The notes below the pieces were generated by a model. The model saw nothing but the letters and a program-made list of their open reading frames with translations, did no database searches and was not told the origin of the DNA. Shown in pieces: positions 8,903 to 16,721 of a stretch of 40,747 bases of DNA (position 1 is its first letter; every line of letters begins with the position of its first letter). The stretch covers positions 1 to 40,747 of IMG/VR virus record IMGVR_UViG_3300048576_000210. The stretch is one strand, 5' to 3'. This DNA is from a virus. Its lineage: Duplodnaviria > Caudoviricetes. The translations under genes and the position numbers were made by a program.

Positions 8903-10327
8903 TTACAGCAGCAGGTCAATGCGGCCGGCAAACACATGCAGGCCATTGACCACATCGGCTGGGATCTTGCCGTTCAACCGGTTGGGATCCTGCAAGTCGC
9001 GCTCGACCACCAGGCCGTCCTTGTTGGCGGCAACCTCTTCCACGATCTCCAGCTCTTCCATTTTTCTGAGCACGTCGTACAGCTCGGTCCACACCTTGGC
9101 TGGTGTTTTGGCGTTGAGTTTTTCCCGGGGAAATCGCAGGCTGATTCGTTCCCGGCATGCCTTGCGCACATAATCCAGGGTGCGGATGGTGGTCAGGTCG
9201 AGCAATGCGATATCAGGAATGGTGGACGCGTCGCGGGTGTAGGTAGTGATCGCCCGCACAATCTGCACCACCTCGCCTGCGCCCACCTCCAATGGTGTGA
9301 CCCCGTTGGCCAATAGGCTCTCTTGTTCGTTCCGGCCAAACCGCTGGTCGACCGGAGGCGCGTGGATCCCCGTCATGGCCAGCGTGTTGAGCGGCCTGGC
9401 AGGATCCTCCTCGGAGGCGATCACTGCGCCATAGGCTGCGGCCAGTTCGTAGGCCGGGGACCGGGTACCCCGCAGATACCCGCAGGTGATGCGGCCGGAG
9501 TTGATGGCCCCAGCCAGGGTTGTGCAGCTGGCCAAAGCACCGTCGAAACCAAACACGCCAATGCTGCCGCGCTGCTCCAGCGGGCCGGACACGCTGTCGA
9601 TGTGCGTGCGCAACGCCGTCAGGCTGGTCTGATCGTTGAAAGGCGTCACCACGATGTTGTAATGGCCGGCAAACACCTTGGCCAAGGCGGTGCTGATATC
9701 CGGGTCAATGGTCCCGCCGCCCAAAACGGCTCCGGAAAGTGTAACTGTGGTTCCGGTGGCGCTCAACTCGTAGGCGATGTCGATCTGATTGGCGACCGTC
9801 CCCTTGTTTTTCGCCGTGAGGGTAACCACCGCCGCGTTGACTGTGGCCACCACGGGCAGGTCCGCATATTTTGCCAGCTCGGCCTGCAGGGCAGTCGCCA
9901 CCGAAGCGGCTGCATCGCCTGCGGTCACCGCAATCTCCACCATCCGGTTGCCAATCCGCAGCTTTAACGTCCCCGACGTCGCCGCCGCAGTGGCCATGGT
10001 CACCGTTGCCGATGCCGCCACGCCGGCGCCGTCATCGAGCGCGCACACCGTCAAGTCCAGATATGGATTGGCGGTGATCGCTGCCCGGCACATCAGGTGC
10101 GCCTGGCTACCGTTGCCAAAATAGGCCGCCGCCTCGGCGTCGGAAAACACCTTCGTGGGTACCAGCGCCGCCACAGATCCTGCAGCCAATCGCTGGCCGA
10201 TAATCAGCAGGCTCTGCGCATTGGTCGGCAAGGTCCGCACCGCCAGTTTGGTGTTGAACTCAAAATACTTGCCCGGCTTGCGGATCGAGGCCGGGATGGA
10301 GCTGAAACTGATGTTCGCTGAAGCCAT
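8903..10327 (-). CDS. Tail sheath protein (Mu gpL-like)
   Basis: ISFSSIPASIRKPGKYFEFN, EEDPARPLNTL, LLANGVTPL, IVRAITTY and DVVNGLHVFA motifs. Confidence 0.95.
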   Translation of the reverse strand: MASANISFSSIPASIRKPGKYFEFNTKLAVRTLPTNAQSLLIIGQRLAAGSVAALVPTKVFSDAEAAAYFGNGSQAHLMCRAAITANPYLDLTVCALDDGAGVAASATVTMATAAATSGTLKLRIGNRMVEIAVTAGDAAASVATALQAELAKYADLPVVATVNAAVVTLTAKNKGTVANQIDIAYELSATGTTVTLSGAVLGGGTIDPDISTALAKVFAGHYNIVVTPFNDQTSLTALRTHIDSVSGPLEQRGSIGVFGFDGALASCTTLAGAINSGRITCGYLRGTRSPAYELAAAYGAVIASEEDPARPLNTLAMTGIHAPPVDQRFGRNEQESLLANGVTPLEVGAGEVVQIVRAITTYTRDASTIPDIALLDLTTIRTLDYVRKACRERISLRFPREKLNAKTPAKVWTELYDVLRKMEELEIVEEVAANKDGLVVERDLQDPNRLNGKIPADVVNGLHVFAGRIDLLL

Positions 10328-10336
10328 GGCTTCTCC

Positions 10337-10522
10337 TTAGAATAAAGTTTTCATCGCCTTCGCGAATGCGCCAAGGCAGTATCCCAAGGCGCCACAAGTC
10401 AGCATGGCGCCCAAATAGATGGGCCAGGCCCAGTCAAACCGCCATCCTGCATGTGCTCCTGTCAAAAATATTCCCAGAAACACCATGAGGGCGACTGCCA
10501 GGTACGGATTAATTGGCATCAA
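10337..10522 (-). CDS. Small membrane protein (two predicted TM helices)
   Basis: 61-aa hydrophobic ORF with GGAG RBS, overlapping the DUF2635 stop. Confidence 0.6.
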   Translation of the reverse strand: MMPINPYLAVALMVFLGIFLTGAHAGWRFDWAWPIYLGAMLTCGALGYCLGAFAKAMKTLF

Positions 10523-10691
10523 ATTCTCCTGGGGCTTGCTTTTCAGGTGAATCCAAAACCAGCGACCCGTCGTCCACCAGCCGCCGGTAATAGGCCGTGT
10601 CAGGCACGGTGACCGATTTGGCGTCGGTGATGTACTGGTCGCGCTTGTCTTCCATTGGGCACTGCAGGCCCCGGGCTGCTTTTACTTGCAT
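10509..10691 (-). CDS. DUF2635 / Mu gp38-like protein
   Basis: MQVKAARGLQCPME...VPDTAYYRRLVDDGSL; GGAGG RBS; usual position before the sheath. Confidence 0.85.
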   Translation of the reverse strand: MQVKAARGLQCPMEDKRDQYITDAKSVTVPDTAYYRRLVDDGSLVLDSPEKQAPGEFDAN

Positions 10692-10945
10692 CGTCGCCCT
10701 CCATTGATGAATTTCTTTCCATGCCATCGCCAATGTTGCACTTCGCGGGCAAAGGATTGACGAGACAAACCTGACACGACTTCTTGCCACCCTTCGCTAA
10801 GCACTACCCATGCAGCACGTCCAGCAGCCAGCGTGACGCCCAAGACACATCCCACCCCGAACACCAAACACCACGCAGGATAGGAACTGAGCGCAGTTTT
10901 GCGCAGACACTCTAAAACGCGCTCTTTGATAGAAATCTTTTTCAC
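10682..10945 (-). CDS. Small membrane protein (one predicted TM helix)
   Basis: 87-aa ORF whose GTG start overlaps the upstream stop; GGAGG RBS; central hydrophobic stretch. Confidence 0.55.
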   Translation of the reverse strand: MKKISIKERVLECLRKTALSSYPAWCLVFGVGCVLGVTLAAGRAAWVVLSEGWQEVVSGLSRQSFAREVQHWRWHGKKFINGGRRCK

Positions 10946-11634
10946 TCTTCCTCCCCTGAAAATGTTGGGTTATCCCCGTCCAACGTCACCTCTTCCCCGC
11001 CCAGCGTGGTCTCGGGCGACCACTCCGCGCTCACGCCCCCCAGCTCCACCCGCGAGCCGCCAAAGCTGACCGCGTCGCCGCCGCTGGCGTCCCACAGGGT
11101 CAACAGGTCGACCGCATCCGGAGAGTCGTCTCCCGGAGTCAGGTAGTACTGCAACCCGACCATTTCCAGGTATTCCTCAGGCAGATTGGCTGGGCTGATG
11201 ATCTCGGCCACCGCCGGCAACCTGATCTCCACCACATGGCACAGCAGGTTGCCAAACTGCCGCGTCTCCACTGCACCCTCTGGCAGGCAATCCGCCTCGG
11301 CGCCCACCAGCTTGGTGCGCGTCAGGTCGAGAATGATCAAATCCGCCAGCGCATTGATCGCCTTCTCGGTTGCGGCCGCATCCTCCACGCCGTAAAACCC
11401 GCGAATGACATACCGGTGGCTGAGCCGCCATTTGTTCATGGCCGCCTTGGCAACCTTGAACCCGACCCGGCTGATCTCCCAGCCGAAAATCTTTTTGGTC
11501 GCGGGATCCTGAAAGAGCCGCAGGAAATCAGCAGGGTTGGCGGCCCATCGCTCATAATCATGCACCCGGCCGATAATGGGCCCGAGGGCGAGGAGGCGTG
11601 CGTGGATCGCAGTGCGAAAGGTCTGATCGCTCAT
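10942..11634 (-). CDS. Tail completion / terminator-like protein with C-terminal Gly-Gly heptad extension
   Basis: IGRVHDYERW and FGNLLCHVVEIRL resemble phage tail-terminator families; synteny before gp38 and the sheath. Confidence 0.65.
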   Translation of the reverse strand: MSDQTFRTAIHARLLALGPIIGRVHDYERWAANPADFLRLFQDPATKKIFGWEISRVGFKVAKAAMNKWRLSHRYVIRGFYGVEDAAATEKAINALADLIILDLTRTKLVGAEADCLPEGAVETRQFGNLLCHVVEIRLPAVAEIISPANLPEEYLEMVGLQYYLTPGDDSPDAVDLLTLWDASGGDAVSFGGSRVELGGVSAEWSPETTLGGEEVTLDGDNPTFSGEEE

Positions 11635-12131
11635 GGCCTGCCCAGCTCCTTGGTGATTCGGATGCCGTAGCGCTCAAAAATGTTTTGAAACTGCGGGCCG
11701 TCCTCTTCCATGGTCTGCTGGAACATGAATGCACCATCAGTCCCTTTCTTGGCAATCTTGCGACGAATGACAAACTCGATCCCTTTTGCTTCTTCCTCGC
11801 CCACGCCCATCTTGACCTCGATCCACCGCACCATCACGCCGGCAGGCGGCATCTTCCCCCCGGGCTTCCTGCCTTTTTCGATCGCCAGACCGTAAATGCT
11901 CGGCGTGCCGATAATGCCCAGCACATCGCCGCCAGGCTCGCGGACCTCGCCCTGGATGCTCGCCAGCAGGCCGCCCTGGGCGCCCATCACCCCCTGGGGC
12001 GTTCGGCCCTTGACTCGCCGCACCCCGAATTGCACCGCCTCGTGCATGGCAGCGCGCATGTTGCGCCGCACAATCTGCTCAGGGTTGCCGGTCAGCAACG
12101 CCCCCTCGGCGGTGATTTTCGCGTCAATCAT
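11631..12131 (-). CDS. HK97 gp10-like neck/tail-completion protein
   Basis: RTPQG...GLLASI, YGLAIEKGRKPG and IAKKGT...MFQQT motifs. Confidence 0.75.
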   Translation of the reverse strand: MIDAKITAEGALLTGNPEQIVRRNMRAAMHEAVQFGVRRVKGRTPQGVMGAQGGLLASIQGEVREPGGDVLGIIGTPSIYGLAIEKGRKPGGKMPPAGVMVRWIEVKMGVGEEEAKGIEFVIRRKIAKKGTDGAFMFQQTMEEDGPQFQNIFERYGIRITKELGRP

Positions 12132-12871
12132 TACAGCCAGCCCACCATGCAGTCATACGTCTCGATCTCGGCAACGGTGGCGCCCGCTCCGGCCATCGCC
12201 TCAACGGTGGCTTTGTGAATCACCTCTTTGCCCCAGACCGACCCGTTGCGGTCATAAAGCGCCGCCAGCAGCTGGCGCATGTCGCCCACCGTCAAGTAGA
12301 TCATCACCCGATTTCCGGCGGCATCCATGTCGGCCGTCATCCAGTACCCAGACTGCAGCGGATAGGGTACCCGGATCGGATCGGCGGCTGACATGCCCAG
12401 CGCCCCGGCCACAGCACAACATGACTCGATCGTTTTGGTTGCCCAGGCGTCGGCGCAATAGGCGTTGCCCAGCCAGCTGAAATTCGCGGATTGCCGGCGG
12501 CGGCTCTCGGCCTCAATCTCTGCCACCTTGGCGGCTACAGCCCGGGCCAGCTCGGCAGCATCTCGTGCGGCGCGCCATCCCTCGATTTCAGACCACACGC
12601 CGTCGGTCAGTTGATATCGATCCGGATGCGCCTCAAACCACTCGAGCTCCCGGATGGTGTAGCCGGTGACGCCGATTGCGGCCTCGACCTCGGCAACGCT
12701 GAATCCAAGGATGAAAAGGGGCGCACGCGGATCCTCGACCAGGTCGCCGTCAAGGACAGCGAATCTTCCATCAAGCAGCTGGCGCCAAAGGCCCTGCCAA
12801 CCTCCGATTTGGGCAGCTCTGATGTTGTCGTAATCCGCCCGGGTGCTGCATGTCTTAGGTAGGTCGTTCAT
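12131..12871 (-). CDS. Fibre-assembly-like protein (DUF4376-like C-terminal domain)
   Basis: C-terminal KVAEIEAESRRR...W...LTVGDMRQL...TVAEIETYD..GW pattern. ATGA-coupled to the DGR accessory gene. Confidence 0.55.
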   Translation of the reverse strand: MNDLPKTCSTRADYDNIRAAQIGGWQGLWRQLLDGRFAVLDGDLVEDPRAPLFILGFSVAEVEAAIGVTGYTIRELEWFEAHPDRYQLTDGVWSEIEGWRAARDAAELARAVAAKVAEIEAESRRRQSANFSWLGNAYCADAWATKTIESCCAVAGALGMSAADPIRVPYPLQSGYWMTADMDAAGNRVMIYLTVGDMRQLLAALYDRNGSVWGKEVIHKATVEAMAGAGATVAEIETYDCMVGWL

Positions 12872-13167
12872 GAGAGTGTGTAGAACCTATCGATTTTTTT
12901 AATGGTGGTTTGGAACGGAACCTGGCTGCCGTATTTTTCCATCTGCTCGATCAACACGTCCGACCCGGTGAACAGCACCCGGTGAGCGCCGTTGATCTCC
13001 ATCTGCAGCTGTAGGCAATTCCCGCTTTTATTTTTCTCGTATTTTGACCTGGTGATTCGGTAACCGATGATCTCAATCTCGATGTTTAATACCTGCTCGA
13101 TCTTGATCTTTTCCCCGTCAAGAGGCTTCTGCTCCTCGGCGAAATCGGCGAATCTTTTAGGCTGCAC
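12868..13167 (-). CDS. 99-aa putative DGR accessory protein (non-Avd, beta-rich)
   Basis: GGAGG RBS then GTG at 13167 inside the RT 3' end. MQPKRFADFAEEQKPLDGEKIKIEQVLNIEIEIIGY...VLFTGSDVLIEQM...PFQTTIKK. The 184-aa ORF call is over-extended. Confidence 0.75.
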   Translation of the reverse strand: MQPKRFADFAEEQKPLDGEKIKIEQVLNIEIEIIGYRITRSKYEKNKSGNCLQLQMEINGAHRVLFTGSDVLIEQMEKYGSQVPFQTTIKKIDRFYTLS

Positions 13168-14167
13168 ACAGGGCCTCCAGCTTTTCCAACTGTAGGGAAA
13201 CCATAAGGTTGTGCGTGCATGCCCACCGCAGCCATCCCTTGGTTGAGGAGATGGATGATCGGAGCTGTTCCTTCGATATCTTCCCGGCGGCCAGCAACAA
13301 GGGCAATTTGGCCAGGCGACGTTTAACCCTTTGGGCCGTTGATTTGCGCAGCAGGATATGCTTCTGAAAATGCCTGTATCCGAGAAAGTCGACGCCAGAA
13401 GTAACTGGGAAGACTTCGGCATAGCTGTAGCGCAACCGTAACCGATCCCAGATGAAGCTTTTGATTGTCTCCCTCATCCCATGCAGCTGCCGCTTGTCAT
13501 CGCTGAACAGCAAGAAATCGTCGCAGTACCTGATGTAGCCTTGGATCTTCAATTCATGTTTAACGAAGGTATCCAGTTCATTGAGGTAGAGGTTGCCAAG
13601 CCACTGGCTGGTGTAGTTGCCGATGGGAGCATTGCATCCTCCTGGGTAGCTGTAAATTATGTCATCCAACAGCCAGAGCGTGTCCGGACACTTGATCTTC
13701 TTGCGCACAATATCGGCCAGGGCGTCATGGTTGATGCTGGGGTAAAACTTGGAGATGTCGCATTGCAGCACATACTTGTAGCGCCGCACAAACTCCATTG
13801 CCCTTCGACTGCCGGCATGTTGGCCTTTTCCAGATCTGCAGGCGTATGAATCGGAAATCATCAGCCTATCCCAGATCGGTTCGATAACGTTCATCAGCGC
13901 GTGCTGAACGATTCTGTCCGGAGCGAACGGCAACACAAAAATTTCGCGGCGTTTGGGCTCCAATATGATCTTGGTTTGGTACGGGCTGGTGCGAAAACGC
14001 TTGGTGACCAGCAGATCGCGAACCCGGGCAAGGTTACCAGCAACGTCCCGAGCAAAGGCACGCACGTTGCGCATTCTGCCCTTTCCCCGAACGGCCTTGC
14101 GGTACGCTTCCAGGAAGTTTTCATTGCTGGTTATCAGCGGCCACAGTCCGCCATGTCGTTTTGCCAT
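13157..14167 (-). CDS. DGR reverse transcriptase
   Basis: RT motifs PFAPDRIVQHA, SYACRSGKGQH, CDISKFYPSI, the DGR-type PIGNYTSQ, catalytic YCDD and GVDFLGY. No maturase or endonuclease domain. ATG 14167 preferred over GTG 14179, which lies in a predicted RNA stem. Confidence 0.96.
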   Translation of the reverse strand: MAKRHGGLWPLITSNENFLEAYRKAVRGKGRMRNVRAFARDVAGNLARVRDLLVTKRFRTSPYQTKIILEPKRREIFVLPFAPDRIVQHALMNVIEPIWDRLMISDSYACRSGKGQHAGSRRAMEFVRRYKYVLQCDISKFYPSINHDALADIVRKKIKCPDTLWLLDDIIYSYPGGCNAPIGNYTSQWLGNLYLNELDTFVKHELKIQGYIRYCDDFLLFSDDKRQLHGMRETIKSFIWDRLRLRYSYAEVFPVTSGVDFLGYRHFQKHILLRKSTAQRVKRRLAKLPLLLAAGKISKEQLRSSISSTKGWLRWACTHNLMVSLQLEKLEALCAA

Positions 14168-14169
14168 TT

Positions 14170-14440
14170 CAATTACCACAGACGATTTTCGTTTGATCTA
14201 CTGACCGCCCGTGGTCTCCGTTGTGTGTTTTGCCAGCCGCCAGATGGCGGCTGACACGGATTGAGCGCCCAGCCATAGAGTTTGACAGCAGATCCATGTA
14301 TCCGGGTGCAACTGCGAGCACCGATATTCGTATTCGTATTCCAACGAGCGTTATTCGCATTCCGACCCCGCGAACTGCAATTCGTCGCATTATTCCAATT
14401 CAGACCGGCGACCAGCTGCCTCAGGCACTCACCCCATTTT
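14170..14440 (-). ncRNA. Predicted DGR template RNA (5' leader - TR - structured spacer)
   Basis: 5' flank 14422..14437 can pair with 3' flank 14256..14271 (16 positions, 1 mismatch, G-U allowed). Hairpin at 14232..14255; 12-bp stem 14175..14186/14204..14215. Boundaries approximate. Confidence 0.7.
14301..14417 (-). repeat. DGR template repeat (TR), 117 bp
   Basis: Aligns without gaps to 14474..14590. Contains 10 AAY codons in the target frame (LVAGLNWNNATNCSSRGRNANNARWNTNTNIGARSCTR). Confidence 0.97.
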
Positions 14441-14453
14441 TTGCGCGGGCGTG

Positions 14454-15524
14454 TTACGGTCTCTTTTTACGGCTCCGGGCGCAACCGCGAGCACCGAGAG
14501 CCGTAATCGCATTCCAACGAGCGATAGGCGCATACCGACCCCGCGAACCGCAAGCCGCCGCATTAGCCCAAGCCAGACCGGCGACCAGCTTGATATCCGC
14601 ACCTTGCGTGTAAATGGACCCTTTGCTTTGCAATGATGTCCAAGCAAAAGCCGGCTCGGTGGCCAACGCTGAAACGGCAAGTGATTTTGCGGATTGAGTA
14701 TCGAGCCATTCGTACCCTTCACCGGGACCGCCGATGCAAAAATCGTTGGAAATGTTGGGTCTGCCGCTCGTCATCAAGTACAGCCCTGCCGTCACTGGAT
14801 CTACTGATCCGGCAACGTTTACGCCCTCAGGGCATCCCGTCATCGCCAACTGCCAAAGGCTATCAGTAAGGAGTCCTTTCAATACGGCTCCGAAATCATC
14901 CACGGTGTCGCCCCAGGTCCGCGATCTGGTACACGTCGCATTCCATGCCCCCCGCGTTGCAGAGCCTGTCCCGGATTGCTTGTAGATGTCGCACCACCAG
15001 CCCGGTGCAAGCGAGAGCTTGGCCATCCCCTCAGGCGAGCAATCCGGCATATCGTCCAGATCCCAGATTGTTGGCGGCATGATGTCGCCGGCCAAAAATC
15101 CGTAGGCCGGGTGGCTCGCTGCCATGCCGGGCAGGGCCGTATAGATCGGGGTCTTGTCCGTAGCAGTGGCAAAGTAGGGCGGCAGCAGGGACAGACCCAT
15201 AAATTTCCTACTATTTTCGGCCGTATATCCCGTTGGAAATGTTGAATTTGGAGAGATAATGAGCTTGTCGGCGGTCGCGTAAACGTAGATATTGGACCCT
15301 GCCCGATTGGCGGCCACCGCCATGTTTTGCGTGGCGCTGTCCCAGTTGGCGGCTATGTTGAGGTCGAGGTTTGTTGCCGGTATGGTCCGATCACTATCCC
15401 CTATGACCATTGCCATCTTGGGCAGCTTAATGGTCCTGCGTTCTGACGCTGCGGCTGTGCCAAGTACGACAATTCCAGATTCCCGGCGGTAAAATGTGGG
15501 ATCAATATCTCGCAAATGTATCAC
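14454..15524 (-). CDS. mtd: DGR target: Mtd-like receptor-binding protein with C-terminal CLec-fold variable region
   Basis: Colinear similarity to Bordetella phage BPP-1 Mtd as I recall it: PTGYTAENSRK, IWDL...PEGM, WCDIY, KGSIYTQ, and GxxW...GSR...GARG in the VR. Confidence 0.85.
   Translation of the reverse strand: MIHLRDIDPTFYRRESGIVVLGTAAASERRTIKLPKMAMVIGDSDRTIPATNLDLNIAANWDSATQNMAVAANRAGSNIYVYATADKLIISPNSTFPTGYTAENSRKFMGLSLLPPYFATATDKTPIYTALPGMAASHPAYGFLAGDIMPPTIWDLDDMPDCSPEGMAKLSLAPGWWCDIYKQSGTGSATRGAWNATCTRSRTWGDTVDDFGAVLKGLLTDSLWQLAMTGCPEGVNVAGSVDPVTAGLYLMTSGRPNISNDFCIGGPGEGYEWLDTQSAKSLAVSALATEPAFAWTSLQSKGSIYTQGADIKLVAGLAWANAAACGSRGRYAPIARWNAITALGARGCARSRKKRP
14474..14590 (-). repeat. 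DGR variable repeat (VR), 117 bp
   Basis: 19 mismatches to TR, all at TR adenines on the coding strand (9 A>G, 7 A>C, 3 A>T); lies at the 3' end of the target gene. Confidence 0.97.
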
Positions 15525-15534
15525 TGCTGTCTCC

Positions 15535-16179
15535 TCAATGGGTCAATCGTCCTCTGGATGGCAATGGCGGCGGCGCCATGACCAGGGCTGCGACCGGGCC
15601 GCCGTCGCCGCCCACTCCGAAATGATCCAGATACAGCTGCCGGAATCGTTTCGCCCGGGAGCCAAACTCTGCCGACTTGGTGCGGTAGTTGACCGCATCG
15701 GCGCTGATGGTCGGATCCGATGTCTGGGCAAACAAGCTGGCCAACGTTTCGCTGCAAATTGCTGCAGCCAGGTTGGCCACGGCGTCCAGATCTCCGCGCA
15801 GCACGGTCGCCTCTGTTCTGGGCAGCGTGTAGCTGACGCGGACTGGATCGCCAGCAGACGGCAGCGGCGAAGTCATCAACCGCAAAAACTCGCCGTCCGG
15901 CGCCAAATACAACCCCCAATTCAATGGCGGCAAAAACACCGCTGGAACCGAGCCGACCGGATACTCCACCGCGCGGATCCGCGAGAACTCGGACTCCCAG
16001 TCTTCCGGCAGATCCAGATCGACAGCGCCGGTGGCAACAAGATCGACAGGCCGAACCAACGGCCGATCATCGCTGTATTGTCGCAGGGCCGCTGCGACTG
16101 CGGGCAGGTAGTCGGTTTCGTCCGCCAACCTGCCCGAGTCGTCTTTGACCTTGCCTTTGACCAGGTCGATCAGTGCCAT
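15535..16179 (-). CDS. Putative head-tail adaptor / neck protein
   Basis: Two genes after the capsid gene; helical N- and C-termini with a central beta insert. Synteny-based call. Confidence 0.6.
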   Translation of the reverse strand: MALIDLVKGKVKDDSGRLADETDYLPAVAAALRQYSDDRPLVRPVDLVATGAVDLDLPEDWESEFSRIRAVEYPVGSVPAVFLPPLNWGLYLAPDGEFLRLMTSPLPSAGDPVRVSYTLPRTEATVLRGDLDAVANLAAAICSETLASLFAQTSDPTISADAVNYRTKSAEFGSRAKRFRQLYLDHFGVGGDGGPVAALVMAPPPLPSRGRLTH

Positions 16180-16646
16180 TACAGCCTCTTCAACACCAGA
16201 GTGGTGGTCACATCGGTAATGCTCGGCGTGGTCCCGGCGGCGGACAACACCACCGTCAGCACCGATTCGTCAGCCACCGCCTCGTCGTCCACCACGCCTT
16301 GATATACCGTGTCAGCCGCCGCCAATCCGATGGCGGAATGCAGGATCGAGGTTGCCCCCTCCAGCACATCCACGGTGTACACCTCGTCGGTGCTGGTGTA
16401 ATCCGCCGTCTCGGCGGCAGCGGTTACCGATACCACCGCCGCTGGGAACGGCAGCTTGATTCGGGCCATTACCGGCGTCGATACCGCCGAAATGGTGCGA
16501 CTGAACGTAATCGGCATCACCATATAGCCGGGACTTGCCGGGCTGGGGTTGGTGGTTGCGGCCAGGCTGGACAAAGCAGGCGCCAGCAGCATGCAGGTCA
16601 TCAAGAGAACCAGCAGCGACTTGGAAAAAACATCTCGTTTGATCAT
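16179..16646 (-). CDS. Putative head decoration protein with signal-peptide-like N-terminus
   Basis: Directly after the capsid gene with GAGG RBS. Beta-sandwich-like body; N-terminus MIKRDVFSKSLLVLLMTCMLLAPALSSLA. Confidence 0.55.
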   Translation of the reverse strand: MIKRDVFSKSLLVLLMTCMLLAPALSSLAATTNPSPASPGYMVMPITFSRTISAVSTPVMARIKLPFPAAVVSVTAAAETADYTSTDEVYTVDVLEGATSILHSAIGLAAADTVYQGVVDDEAVADESVLTVVLSAAGTTPSITDVTTTLVLKRL

Positions 16647-16721
16647 GGGTTCCTCGTTGTGAATTAAAAGAAAAGCGCTCCGTGCTGCAAAACCGGGTGC
16701 AAAAAATCTGTGCTGCCGTCG

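Noticed and set aside
13157-14179. RT as a group II intron, retron or defence RT
   Set aside because: It is short, lacks maturase/endonuclease regions and has the GNYTSQ motif, and the adjacent TR/VR pair with adenine-only differences identifies it as a DGR RT.
14418-14473. Canonical GC-rich DNA hairpin downstream of VR
   Set aside because: Only 3-bp or bulged stems can be drawn, so it is not reported as a feature.
14169-14722. Short ORFs over TR and VR (14169..14390, 14221..14613, 14282..14506, 14429..14722)
   Set aside because: They are alternative-frame or antisense readings of the repeats, with no RBS or Avd-like features.
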